Shown here: positions 25,576 through 35,486 of the stretch, piece after piece
How the letters are laid out: each line of letters starts with the position of its first letter
How positions within the stretch are numbered: the stretch's first letter is position 1
DNA from: a virus
Lineage: Duplodnaviria; Caudoviricetes
Direction: 5' to 3' (one strand)
Virus record (IMG/VR): IMGVR_UViG_3300042465_001922
Coordinates: 1 to 60,059 of that record
DNA length: 60,059 nucleotides
The notes under the pieces: generated by a model
Told to the model about the DNA's origin: nothing
The model's database searches: none
Seen by the model: only the letters and a program-made list of their open reading frames with translations
Translations under genes and position numbers: made by a program

Positions 25576-26460
25576 TTATGCCTCACTAGTTTTTTTCTCC
25601 TGATGGTTACGCCATTGCTGGCAGTAAACAGAAACTGGGCAGAAGTTTTCACATCGGGTGCGACTGCCCGGACGCACTTCGATCTCGTAAGCTTTTCCTA
25701 TCTTGGCAAGCACCTCCAAGGCTTCTTGCCGTGTGTCGTGAACCGACCTAGCCCGCGCACCGCCAATCTTTTTGACGGCATAGACCGTTGGTCTCTCCCA
25801 CATTTCCTCTGAGGTGCAGTCCGGCAGATCCCCATCGGTCTCTAACTCAAACTCGCAATTTGCATGTAAATGGATTCTTTCCTTGATAAATTCCTCGGCA
25901 TAGGATTTCTCCCAAATTGGGATACCAATCTCTTTGACCGGAGCCTGGGGGTAGTCAGGGTTCCTGCCCGCCTCCCTGCGATTCCAGTCCCGGATGATGG
26001 CTACTATGCCTAGGGAGCTGACCGGGGTTTTCTTGACCGTCTCTACAAGCCAGGCGTAGATGTTGAGCTGCTGCTCCCACTCGATCTTCTCGTTCATCAC
26101 TGACCAGGCCGATACGGTCTTGTAGTCTCGGACGGCGATACTATCGCCGCTCAATATCTGTAGATCTATGGCGCCGGAGATCTTCCAGCCATCGACCTCG
26201 GTATGCAGCCGCTCCTCAACAATGTGATTCTCATCCTGGCCATGCTCCAGAACCTTATGGACAGCCGAGCCAAAGATCGACCAGACCATGTCGGCCACAT
26301 CCTGTTCTAGCTCGTCTTCAAACTTCTTGGTCAGGGCTACGATCTTGGGGCTGTTGATCAGCTGGGTCACGGATAGGTTGGCCTTCCCCTTGCTGTAGGT
26401 GGGCCGGTCCAGCACGTTCACAAACGTCTGGGGGATGTTGTGCTTGTTGGTAAATTTCAT
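25576..26460 (-). CDS. PD-(D/E)XK exonuclease (RecB/Cas4-like)
   Basis: FGSAVHKVLE, ISGAIDL, VRDYKT, QLNIYAWL, C-terminal RCENFCPVSVYC. Confidence 0.85.
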   Translation of the reverse strand: MKFTNKHNIPQTFVNVLDRPTYSKGKANLSVTQLINSPKIVALTKKFEDELEQDVADMVWSIFGSAVHKVLEHGQDENHIVEERLHTEVDGWKISGAIDLQILSGDSIAVRDYKTVSAWSVMNEKIEWEQQLNIYAWLVETVKKTPVSSLGIVAIIRDWNRREAGRNPDYPQAPVKEIGIPIWEKSYAEEFIKERIHLHANCEFELETDGDLPDCTSEEMWERPTVYAVKKIGGARARSVHDTRQEALEVLAKIGKAYEIEVRPGSRTRCENFCPVSVYCQQWRNHQEKKTSEA

Positions 26461-26921
26461 ATCGCTGTCAGCCTGTGTTGGTCCAGCGCATAGCCGTCGC
26501 CATGGCCGAGGTCAGAAATGTTTTCCGGGGCGAAGAGTTGATCCTTGGTGGCATAACCAATGATGTTTCCCCCCTTGTCATCGACTATCACCAGGATGTA
26601 GATGTCGCAGGGATCTTCAGCCTTCTCCAGGGTGGCCAGCAGGCGGCCGTCACGGACTCGGGTGGTCTTGACATCTATCTGTTGATTCTTCCGGCTGATT
26701 AGATCAGCGCCACCTTTGCGGGGGCCAACCGTCAGATCTGGGCAGACATTCAGGGCTTTAGCTACGCAGTACTCCCCAACCATCCCATCAATGTCAATCG
26801 ACCACGTATCGTCCTTGCCGACCTGGCGATCCTTGACTACGTTCATTGCTGAGGACCTGCGCATCACGCCGAGCATGCGGCAGATAAACAATTCCTCTGT
26901 AGTGAGGTTAATTCTTCTCAA
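26457..26921 (-). CDS. Restriction-endonuclease-like (PD-(D/E)XK) hypothetical protein
   Basis: GMVGEYCVAK...GADL...IDVKTT; TTG start with CGCTAGGAG RBS; first gene of the operon. Confidence 0.6.
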   Translation of the reverse strand: MRRINLTTEELFICRMLGVMRRSSAMNVVKDRQVGKDDTWSIDIDGMVGEYCVAKALNVCPDLTVGPRKGGADLISRKNQQIDVKTTRVRDGRLLATLEKAEDPCDIYILVIVDDKGGNIIGYATKDQLFAPENISDLGHGDGYALDQHRLTAI

Positions 26922-26944
26922 GTTTTACTCCTAGCGATGGCGTC

Positions 26945-26973
26945 AATTTAAACCAGCTTTTTCTGGATGTCAA
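26945..26973 (-). promoter_or_regulatory. Sigma-70-type promoter of the leftward operon
   Basis: TTGACA (26973-26968), 17 nt, TAAATT (26950-26945). Confidence 0.75.
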
Positions 26974-27004
26974 CACATGGTTCCCATATTCTTTCATGTG
27001 TTGA
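26970..27004. promoter_or_regulatory. Inverted repeat TCAACACATG-N15-CATGTGTTGA (copy 2)
   Basis: Overlaps the -35 box above; same arms and spacing as 15969-16003. Confidence 0.65.
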
Positions 27005-27012
27005 TAGAATTC

Positions 27013-27035
27013 ACACCTTAACAGTGTTAAGGTGT
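27013..27035. promoter_or_regulatory. Palindrome ACACCTTAACA-G-TGTTAAGGTGT (copy 2)
   Basis: Ends 6 nt before the rusA ATG; arms identical to 7756-7779. Confidence 0.6.
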
Positions 27036-27041
27036 AAACCC

Positions 27042-27389
27042 ATGATCCAGCTTGAGCTACCGTACCCGCCGACCATCAACCACTATTGGGGGCAGTACGG
27101 CAACCGCCGTTTCATAGGGAAGAAAGGCAAGCAGTTCAGGATAGATGTGGCAGAGGCATGCCTTGAGGCTGGAATACAGACCCTAGAAGGCCGTCTTTCG
27201 GTACACGTAGCCCTCTGGCCCCCGGATAGGCGGGCAAGGGACGTAGACAATGTTTTAAAGCCTTTGCTTGACGCTTGTGAGCATGCCGGCTGCTTTGTGA
27301 ACGACAGCCAGATCGACGAGCTTCACATCATTCGGCAGGAGGTCCGTAAGGGCGGGGCCTGCACGATAGTAATCCTACCTATTTCCTGA
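27042..27389 (+). CDS. rusA: RusA-like Holliday junction resolvase
   Basis: LPYPPTINHYW...PPDRRARDVDNVLKPLLDA...NDSQID; start moved to ATG 27042. Confidence 0.92.
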   Translation: MIQLELPYPPTINHYWGQYGNRRFIGKKGKQFRIDVAEACLEAGIQTLEGRLSVHVALWPPDRRARDVDNVLKPLLDACEHAGCFVNDSQIDELHIIRQEVRKGGACTIVILPIS

Positions 27390-30300
27390 TTCCTTGGCCT
27401 GACCAACCCGCTCATTGAACCGGGTCATGATGTCCGTGATCCGCTTATCAATGGCCTTGATGTCCTCTTTGGGGGCGTCCTTCTTGATCATCTCAGACTT
27501 CCGCCTGCGCAAAGCTTGAACCGTGCGCTCAACATTGTTGGCTGCGCCATACAGTCTGGCCTCGGGGTTTTCCCTAATATATTCATCCACGGGTTCCCGG
27601 TTCTTACGACGGCCCTTGATCTCGTTCTCATGCTCATTGATGAGTTTGATGTTGTCGTAGAACTTAGCGCTTTGAGCGGCCTGTCCTTTAGTCTCGCCAA
27701 CAAATCGGCCAACCAGAGGGATCTTATAGGTGGGCAGCTCTTCCCCTGTAACAGCAGCTGCTGCTGTTTGCTGGGCTTTTATAGCCTCCCGCCCAATACC
27801 ACCAAACGCTTGGCCGATTAGGTAATCAATCTGATCCGGAGTAGGACTGAACTTACCGGGCCGGAATTCGGTTCCACCGCTAGCATAGTTAAAGAATTCG
27901 GAAAGCTTCTTGCTAACCCAGCTTGCTGTGTCCTTAGCCCTGGTGTATCCAGGCGTTGGATCAAGACTGGAAATATCTTCCTTGGCGATTGTTTTCCCTG
28001 TCCAATCTTTGTTCTCAAGCAAAGCTACGGCTGGATCAAAAGGCGTTGGAGCAAAAGTTTGCCAAGACCAACCGGCGTTACCCAGCGGGTTAAACATCTC
28101 TAAAGCTGCACCGGTTATCTGAGCCACACGCTTTCCTGGATCTCTGAAATCATTCAATGCCCACTCGGTTCCAATCCTGGAAACAGTAGGAATGATGTTG
28201 AATCCAAGCGGCATGGGAATGGTGATGTATTTTCCATCTCCAATTGGGATAACAATGTTTCTATCCTTGATGAAATCGGGCGGCTCATCCTCATCAAACC
28301 CAGCAGCGGCCAGCAACATGGCTTGAGCTGATCCAAGAATCAAACCACCGTAGACAATCTTTTTACCAGCCGGACCACGAAGGGTCTGATACATCCTGGC
28401 CGTGCCTTGTACTGAAGCGTTAAAGAACGCATATAAAGCACCAACTTGCCGAGCTACCTGACCCTTGCGGTTAAAGTTAACCGTCAAGTTCTTTGCTACG
28501 GAAGCGGCCTGCTGCTTGCTTAATCCCTGATCCAGCGCTGCCTTGTAAGCGGCCAGGCGGACTGCATTCTCCATCGTCTCGTTGTAATCAGACAGCCAGT
28601 CAAAAATTGCCCGAGCAGACTTTTTGGCTTTACCCTCGGAAAGTTTTTTCAGCTCACTTGCCAGTGCATCACGACGCTCATCAGCTCGACTGAACTGATC
28701 ACGGAATCCCGTTTGGCCACCTTCTTTTTGGAACTCATCCCACAAGCTAGACCACTTCCCAGATGGAGGAGCTTTTCCGTCCCGTCGCGCCCGCAAATCA
28801 GCATAGATTCCGCGCAAGGCCGGCAACGTGTCAGCCATAACTTGCTTGGTTTTTCCTCTGATCGGAGTGTTTGTCAGATTAAGAGCTGCGCCTTGATAGT
28901 CACGTAAGAAGTTGATAGCACCAAAGATTGGGTTGTACTGCGTGTTAACCCTAGCAAAGTATCTGGTAACCACACCAAAAAACTCTAACGCTTTACTGAG
29001 CTGATCAGCATCCAGATTCTTAAGTGCAGTCGCCATGCGAATTGCACGGGGATCTTTTGTGTTAAAGAAAACAAACTTATCTTCGCCATTTACGCGAACG
29101 GATAAAACATTCTCTGCGCCACGTAATGTTGGATTGATTCCATGAATAACCGAATTGGTCGTTGGATCAACGTACGACCGAGTCGGCTCTTTCATAATGT
29201 TGGCCGCATCAGCCGGATTAATTCCCATCGACTGTAACTGTTGAACCGTCTTGAGAGGATCTTTGATGGCCTTGGGGTCTACCGCAAACCAGAAGTCAGT
29301 GTTTGGGTGTTGAACAGCTAAGCCATAAATTGCCTGAGATACACGGTTTTTTTCTGAACGGACAATTGCCCGCTCTCTTTGCATAGCGATATTGGCAAGG
29401 ATGTCTACTACCTGGCGACTAGAGCCAGCAGCCCTCTTGCTGGTAGGGCCACGGACACTGAAGCCCTGGCCAATACCGCGACCGATATTGCTAAGCTCGT
29501 AGTCCATCTCTTCTCGGGCAAGAGGTATGTAGTTCTTGTAAGAATTTTCCCAAGCCTGAATTGTTGCCGGATCTTCAATGCCGTTTTGAATCAATGTCTG
29601 CCGTGTCTTGGCTGTAATGGCGTCAACCTTTTTGGCTATTGACTCTAAGTCCTTGCGCTTTTGAGGAGACAAAGCATCTAAATATTTATTAGCATCGTCA
29701 GTAAAAATCCCTGACCCGCCGTCTGGCATAGCTGGATTTACTTTGGCGACTTGAATGTTCCGTTCTTTAGCATGACGGTTGTGCAGATACTCTTCGACAT
29801 CGGCAATTGTAAATTTTTTAGCATTAATTTCTTTAAGCAGCGGAGTAAGTTCTTTTTGTATAAAGTCATTTGTCTGCTTAGCTGTACGCCCGTGGTATAA
29901 CTCCTCTTGGAGATACGCATTCCAGCGATCCTGAAGCTTGCCTCTTGCCTCTTCAATATTAGCAATGACCCGCTTAGTATCAACCATCTTGTCTTGCAAC
30001 CGATAGATGACGTTATCGGTCTTGGTGTCATCTGGACGACCCCAAGTAGACTGTGATGCAGGTTGACCAAAAATATTTGTTCTAGCAAATAACGCTATCT
30101 GAGCTTCTTCATTGCTTGTTATTGGGGCGCCAGGAGAGGTTGCAACATTTTTAACCTCCATAATTGGCATGGTAAATAGCTCATTTGATAAGCCAAGAAC
30201 CTCTGAAAGGGTAGTTTCTTTAGATTTTGGAAGGCCAAGAAACTGTCTAATTGTTTCTACAAACTTGTCCCATACGCTTGTATTTTTGTATGGGATTGCT

Positions 30301-32864
30301 TCCATGTATTTTTGCATCTCTCGGCTGGTCATACTCCAGGCCAAGACTTCATCAGCATCATCTAAATAGTTTGCGCCTTTGTATATGCGAAGTTCAAAAT
30401 CATTCAGCTCGCCTTTGCCTTCTTTAAAAGCTTTTACCCGCGAGTTGTAGTGTTTGATAATTGTATTGCTTACGTCATTAAGACGTTTAGCAAGATCAGC
30501 AGCTTGAGTTCCAGCAAGTTGTTTTGTTCTTCCAAGAAAAAGCGATCCCTGAGTTACCGAATGAATTAACTCATGAAGTACTGTGTCGTATGTGGTTCCA
30601 ACTAATTTTGGGTCGCTATTGTCATTCAACCAAATTGTCAGGCTTTTTAAATTGCCAGTCTTGGTATCTACTCGTGACACTGAAATGCCATTAGAAGACA
30701 ACAAACGAACTGGTACTCGGTCACCAATTTTTGCAATCTTTAAATCAAAAGTAACACCAGAGTCCATCAATTTTTCCATGCGATCAACAACACGCTTGGC
30801 AATCATTTGATAGTCTTGGGTTGGAGCGTTAGATGCCATCCATTTGGCCGCCTCTAACGGAGTCTTTCCATCTAGCGCTTTTTGAATCTTCTCGGTTTCG
30901 TCTTTTAGGTCACCTTCAACCAATGGTTCTGCTCCAGCAGCAGATTTTTCAACGGTTTCTGTGTCGCTGTTAAAAAGTTTTAATTGATCGGCTCTTTCGG
31001 CCACGCTTGGAGTGCGCTTCGGAGTGATCTGGGATATGCCCTCGGCACCAAATAAATCTCCTGTAACAGCGGCTTCACGCTCAGGAACCTGTTGCTGTAG
31101 TTGAAAAAGATCGCGCTCTCGGTCAGCAATTGCCTTTTCTTCTGGAGAAGGTGCTGCCTGGCGAGTGATTATTTGCTCCGACGGCTCTCCCTCCGGAGTA
31201 ATACGTTCTGTAATACCTCCAGCTGTGACGATTTCGGGAGCTGTCTCAGCAACTCTAGGGCCTTCTTCTGCTGCGATTTCGGCTGCGATGGCATTGGCTT
31301 CTTGTCTGATTTGTTCATCCGTCATTTCCCTCGCAAGTAATTCTTCAATTTGCGCTAAATCCGTATTGAGTTTGCGCAGGCTTATATCGGTCTCAAATGT
31401 CAGATAGTTCTGATTCCGAATCTTGTCTTTGATGTACTCAACCGCTTCGGTTTCACGCCCAGGCGCCTTGAGTTCTGGATCAAGAAAGTCGTCTAGCTGG
31501 TTAGTGTTTGCTAACACATCAGCGATGTTCTCTCCCTCGCCACGCTTAGGCGACATACGGAAGACCCTGGCAACGCCCGGCTCCGGGGAGATGTCAAATA
31601 CTTCTGACTCACTAAGCCTGTTGCGCAACACGGTGGCCAGGCTTGGGCCTTTATCCCGCATGGCACGGCTAATATCTTTTTCTGCTGCCGCCTTCTCAGC
31701 TTTAAGTCCAGCAATTTCTTCCGGCTCTGGGGGCAGCTCTTCAGAAATGTATGGCCGAGTCTCGGTGGGAATTTCTGGTGCGGCTTCAAGTTCGGCTGAG
31801 GCTTCTGCCATCCGGCGTTGAGCTTCAGGCAAGCCTGGTACAGCCTCTGCTGCCGTGGGTTCTGGCATCAAGCCTAGCGCTTTGAGAGCCTCTTCTTCTG
31901 GGGCCATGCCCGGCTCAGTCGCCTCAATAGCCTGCTCTCTAGCAAGACGCTCCGGTGCAGACTCCGCAGCCTGTTGCTTGAGATCTTCTTCTTTCTCTGG
32001 GGACGGAGTTTCTTTACGGCCGCTTAGAACCTCTCTAGTAGCCTGAACGCCACCACCTAATCCGCCACCAACGATGGCGCCTTCCAGCATCCGTTCACCA
32101 AGTTCTTTTGGATCAACTCCTTTGATCGTGCCAGCTGTCTCACCCAGGTATGCGGCACCTTCTTCAACGGCCTCAGTTCCTCCCTGAACGCCTGTTTCTT
32201 TCGCCAACCTGCCGGTGCGGGTTTGTGATTCAGCGCCTTTACCAAAGCGTTTTGTAGCAAATCTTTCTAATGTTGCCTCTGTTATGGCCGCACCAGCTGC
32301 CGCTGTTACATCACCAACAGTAGCGTCATTTAGTGTCTTGTTGTCATTCTTAACCCGTTCATCCAGGATTTCTTTAGTCCTTGCACCTATGTACGGGGCA
32401 AACGCATACACCGCTGCTGCCATGTCTGGGGTGGATGTAATAACACGCTCAGCAATAAACGGTACTGCATTTAATGGATTGTCAGCTAAATCGCTTAGCT
32501 TGGTGCTGGGGCTGTAACCAATATTCTTTTCAACATCCCGCAACGACCCAGCCAGGTTAAACAGGGGTTGAAGCTGTTTTTCGCTTTTAATCTGTTCGGG
32601 TGGAATGTTACTTAAAGGAATCTTAGATTCCATAAAGTCACCAGCCCGTTCGGCCACTTCAGCAACCGCCTCTACACCCGATGCAGCAAGACCAGCTGCC
32701 CTTCCCAATGCTCCCATTAAGGGATTTTTTGTCCCGCCTGGTGGGGCGCCTAGCCCAGGCATTTGTTGTATGACCGCCTGGTAAGCCTGAGTGTCATCTA
32801 ACTCTACTGGAGACTCAACGCGAAAGGTCCCCTGTCCTGGGATGTCAATCCGGTAAACCGGCAT
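27375..32864 (-). CDS. Large internal virion/ejection polyvalent protein (zincin-like HExxH, LPD38-like C-terminus)
   Basis: 1829 aa; VLHELIHSVT; C-terminal AKNLTVNFNRKG...YAFFNASVQG...ITIPMPLG...NKDWTGKTI. Confidence 0.7.
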   Translation of the reverse strand: MPVYRIDIPGQGTFRVESPVELDDTQAYQAVIQQMPGLGAPPGGTKNPLMGALGRAAGLAASGVEAVAEVAERAGDFMESKIPLSNIPPEQIKSEKQLQPLFNLAGSLRDVEKNIGYSPSTKLSDLADNPLNAVPFIAERVITSTPDMAAAVYAFAPYIGARTKEILDERVKNDNKTLNDATVGDVTAAAGAAITEATLERFATKRFGKGAESQTRTGRLAKETGVQGGTEAVEEGAAYLGETAGTIKGVDPKELGERMLEGAIVGGGLGGGVQATREVLSGRKETPSPEKEEDLKQQAAESAPERLAREQAIEATEPGMAPEEEALKALGLMPEPTAAEAVPGLPEAQRRMAEASAELEAAPEIPTETRPYISEELPPEPEEIAGLKAEKAAAEKDISRAMRDKGPSLATVLRNRLSESEVFDISPEPGVARVFRMSPKRGEGENIADVLANTNQLDDFLDPELKAPGRETEAVEYIKDKIRNQNYLTFETDISLRKLNTDLAQIEELLAREMTDEQIRQEANAIAAEIAAEEGPRVAETAPEIVTAGGITERITPEGEPSEQIITRQAAPSPEEKAIADRERDLFQLQQQVPEREAAVTGDLFGAEGISQITPKRTPSVAERADQLKLFNSDTETVEKSAAGAEPLVEGDLKDETEKIQKALDGKTPLEAAKWMASNAPTQDYQMIAKRVVDRMEKLMDSGVTFDLKIAKIGDRVPVRLLSSNGISVSRVDTKTGNLKSLTIWLNDNSDPKLVGTTYDTVLHELIHSVTQGSLFLGRTKQLAGTQAADLAKRLNDVSNTIIKHYNSRVKAFKEGKGELNDFELRIYKGANYLDDADEVLAWSMTSREMQKYMEAIPYKNTSVWDKFVETIRQFLGLPKSKETTLSEVLGLSNELFTMPIMEVKNVATSPGAPITSNEEAQIALFARTNIFGQPASQSTWGRPDDTKTDNVIYRLQDKMVDTKRVIANIEEARGKLQDRWNAYLQEELYHGRTAKQTNDFIQKELTPLLKEINAKKFTIADVEEYLHNRHAKERNIQVAKVNPAMPDGGSGIFTDDANKYLDALSPQKRKDLESIAKKVDAITAKTRQTLIQNGIEDPATIQAWENSYKNYIPLAREEMDYELSNIGRGIGQGFSVRGPTSKRAAGSSRQVVDILANIAMQRERAIVRSEKNRVSQAIYGLAVQHPNTDFWFAVDPKAIKDPLKTVQQLQSMGINPADAANIMKEPTRSYVDPTTNSVIHGINPTLRGAENVLSVRVNGEDKFVFFNTKDPRAIRMATALKNLDADQLSKALEFFGVVTRYFARVNTQYNPIFGAINFLRDYQGAALNLTNTPIRGKTKQVMADTLPALRGIYADLRARRDGKAPPSGKWSSLWDEFQKEGGQTGFRDQFSRADERRDALASELKKLSEGKAKKSARAIFDWLSDYNETMENAVRLAAYKAALDQGLSKQQAASVAKNLTVNFNRKGQVARQVGALYAFFNASVQGTARMYQTLRGPAGKKIVYGGLILGSAQAMLLAAAGFDEDEPPDFIKDRNIVIPIGDGKYITIPMPLGFNIIPTVSRIGTEWALNDFRDPGKRVAQITGAALEMFNPLGNAGWSWQTFAPTPFDPAVALLENKDWTGKTIAKEDISSLDPTPGYTRAKDTASWVSKKLSEFFNYASGGTEFRPGKFSPTPDQIDYLIGQAFGGIGREAIKAQQTAAAAVTGEELPTYKIPLVGRFVGETKGQAAQSAKFYDNIKLINEHENEIKGRRKNREPVDEYIRENPEARLYGAANNVERTVQALRRRKSEMIKKDAPKEDIKAIDKRITDIMTRFNERVGQAKESGNR

Positions 32865-32865
32865 G

Positions 32866-34530
32866 TTATTTCTCTCTGGTTACTTTGACGCCAGACGGGA
32901 CCGTTACAGATGGCCCACCGCTTGCACCACCAAGCCTCATCAACTCCTCAGCTCTTGAACGAATTTCATCCATTGATGCGCCCGGGCCAAGACTTTGTAT
33001 GGCCCTAGCGATTGCATCTTCCCTGGTCATAACCATACTAGCTTTGCCGCCAAGAAGGATTCGGTTTCTAAACTCTAAGTATCCCTCAACCGAAGGCGTC
33101 AAACCCTTATCTTGAACATATCTGCGGTACAACGCTTGAATCTGTTCATCCGATGTGGGCTTGCCAACCTGACGGGCATAAGACTCAGCTTGAACCCCTT
33201 GTGTCTCAGCAGTTGCCTGAGACTTAAGCAAGTTTGCCCGATCTTCTGCAACCTTACGACGAGCGTCTTCTTCGCGCTGGGTAGCAGCCTCGATGTCCTT
33301 AAGGTCACCGCGACGGATCGCATCACGCTTAGACGCAGAAGCAAACTTAAGCTCTTCCATATCCAGGTCTTGCTTATCCTTCAGCGCACGTTGCTCCTCA
33401 CGATACTTGGTTGAGGCAGCTACACCGGAAGCACCTTGCGTTCCAAACGTACCGCCACGGGGGCCAGCTGCAACGCCCTGGAGGAATCTGGTCAGCTCAT
33501 TCATGGGCTGATCTGCCCGCTCAGATTCGCGTCGAGCCTGTAGTGCTGCCAGACGGCGATCACGCTCATCCAAATATTCTTCGCTGATTCCTAATTGACG
33601 TTGGCGTTGTTGGCGCTGGGCCATCATGTCTTCAAAAGATCTCTCCGGACGATCCGGGTAGACATCCTCTGGCTTAACCTTTAAGAATTTAGACAAGGCA
33701 CCAAGACCACGAGCCTGGCCAGGCGCGCCCCGACCACCGAACAGTTCATCTAAATTGACAGGAGGTTGCGCAGGAGTTCTAGCTGCCGGCTGAGTTCTAA
33801 TTCCGCGATTCTGCTCTTCCGGGTATTGAGTTGGGTCTACAAAGCCGGGGTCAGCTGGAGAGTTATTAAACTGCTCTCTAGCCCGATTGATTGCATCAAT
33901 CTTTTCCTGCTCTGTCATTTGTGTGTTGGCTTTTAGTGAATCCGCCACCGATGCTAGGTACTCAGACAAAGTTTTGCCGCTAACTCTTTTAACCGCGCCG
34001 CCACGCTCAAATGCCACAATCCCACCGCCTGCGTAGTCGCTGCGTTTAAACATGTTTTGCATTGGAATGCCAGCTATTCCCGGACGACGCTTTTGCATCA
34101 TCTTCAGCATCATCAACTTCTTCATCATCTCAGGATTAACCTGACCACCGGCTTGATAGTCACGAGGCACCACGATGTCATCAATGAATCCACCGCCCGC
34201 TAACTGGGCTGGCTCAGAGGTTGTCGTATTAGGTGCGGCCATAGGCATATTTGCTTGAATGCCTTGCTGCTGTTGAGCGGCTTGCCGCTGACGGCTACCC
34301 TGAAGCGCCATGAGTCCAGTGGCCTGCTCGATCTGCTGCTTAACCGTAGGCGCCCCTTCCATCTCTTGGGCTTGATCGGCAGCTGCTGACTCTTGCATCT
34401 TCTTGCGACGGTTCAGTTCGCCTAACGCAAGGAACGGGGGAACCTGTGGGTTTGACCCGTTGGCGTACTGCATCAGTGCCTGCATCGGTACATCTTTAAG
34501 GCGTTCTTGAAGTTGGACTAAGTTAAGCAT
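32866..34530 (-). CDS. Putative internal virion (ejection) protein
   Basis: 554 aa, Gln/Ala/Arg-rich helical, several hydrophobic-x-x-GG motifs. Confidence 0.6.
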   Translation of the reverse strand: MLNLVQLQERLKDVPMQALMQYANGSNPQVPPFLALGELNRRKKMQESAAADQAQEMEGAPTVKQQIEQATGLMALQGSRQRQAAQQQQGIQANMPMAAPNTTTSEPAQLAGGGFIDDIVVPRDYQAGGQVNPEMMKKLMMLKMMQKRRPGIAGIPMQNMFKRSDYAGGGIVAFERGGAVKRVSGKTLSEYLASVADSLKANTQMTEQEKIDAINRAREQFNNSPADPGFVDPTQYPEEQNRGIRTQPAARTPAQPPVNLDELFGGRGAPGQARGLGALSKFLKVKPEDVYPDRPERSFEDMMAQRQQRQRQLGISEEYLDERDRRLAALQARRESERADQPMNELTRFLQGVAAGPRGGTFGTQGASGVAASTKYREEQRALKDKQDLDMEELKFASASKRDAIRRGDLKDIEAATQREEDARRKVAEDRANLLKSQATAETQGVQAESYARQVGKPTSDEQIQALYRRYVQDKGLTPSVEGYLEFRNRILLGGKASMVMTREDAIARAIQSLGPGASMDEIRSRAEELMRLGGASGGPSVTVPSGVKVTREK

Positions 34531-34532
34531 GT

Positions 34533-35477
34533 TTATTTTCCAATTTGTCCAAGAATTTTGAGAAGTTCTAAAGTGGTTCCAGCACCGCCTGCGGCAGACT
34601 GGAATGCGCTTGGTGCAGGCTGATAGAAGCTAGATGATGCGATGCCCGGGATTCCAGAGATCATTTGACGCTGGAACTCAAGCTGCTGCTGCGGATACTG
34701 CTCCTCACGCAAGAACTGGTTGTAAGCTGCGGTTAGTCCAGCCTGCTCGATGTCACGCTCCGTCTGACCTGCTGACAACATCTGCTGGAGATTACGTAAT
34801 CCATACTCACCCTGCTGACTTCCAGCCTGGGTCAAAGCTTGGGTCGCGGCAGTCTGGGCGGCAAGCCCACGAAGCCCTGCATCAATATCTGCCTGACGCT
34901 GTTTCTGTGCGGCTTCAAATGCGCCGGCATATCCTTTGCCAGTGATGTCTCCCAAAAGAGTCTGGAGGTTGCGCTGAGCTTCAGCTTCCATGATTGCCTG
35001 ACGAGAACCGCCATAAGCCCCGGCCTTGGCCATACGGCTTTGCATTTCGTTACGGGCCATTTCTGCCTGACGATTGGCTTCCCGGCGCTGCGGCTCCAGG
35101 ACTGCCTCAAGGTACGGATTCATGTAGGACTGAACCGTGCCGACCGTAGGCATATATTGTTGGGATGCACCGTAAGTGCCGACTGCCTGTGTCCCGGCGG
35201 TAGTCAATGCAGTTGGTACGGTTAATGAGCCAATCCCTGTGAATGCTTTGGTTTGTAAGTTTGACTCAGGCGCTACAAGCCTACCAGCTACATCCTGCGC
35301 AGCGGTAAATTGTTCAGCCCCATAAGGTTGGAACTTTCGTCCAAACTCTTGCCCCTCAGGAGTAACGCCATACGGTCCAAGAGCCTCGGCCTGACCTAGC
35401 ATTCTTGTGACATACGGACCAGCCCACGTAGATAGTGTGCCTTCGGTGCCGCCTGTGGTTTCCATTCCTGTAGCCAT
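34533..35477 (-). CDS. Putative internal virion/DNA-transfer protein
   Basis: 314 aa, YMNPY...AGAYGGSRQAI...YPQQQL; Ala/Gln/Gly-rich. Confidence 0.65.
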   Translation of the reverse strand: MATGMETTGGTEGTLSTWAGPYVTRMLGQAEALGPYGVTPEGQEFGRKFQPYGAEQFTAAQDVAGRLVAPESNLQTKAFTGIGSLTVPTALTTAGTQAVGTYGASQQYMPTVGTVQSYMNPYLEAVLEPQRREANRQAEMARNEMQSRMAKAGAYGGSRQAIMEAEAQRNLQTLLGDITGKGYAGAFEAAQKQRQADIDAGLRGLAAQTAATQALTQAGSQQGEYGLRNLQQMLSAGQTERDIEQAGLTAAYNQFLREEQYPQQQLEFQRQMISGIPGIASSSFYQPAPSAFQSAAGGAGTTLELLKILGQIGK

Positions 35478-35486
35478 GTTAGTTCC

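Noticed and set aside
25576-26460. Cas4 as part of a CRISPR adaptation module
   Set aside because: Sits with ERF and SSB in a standard phage recombination trio; no cas1/cas2 anywhere
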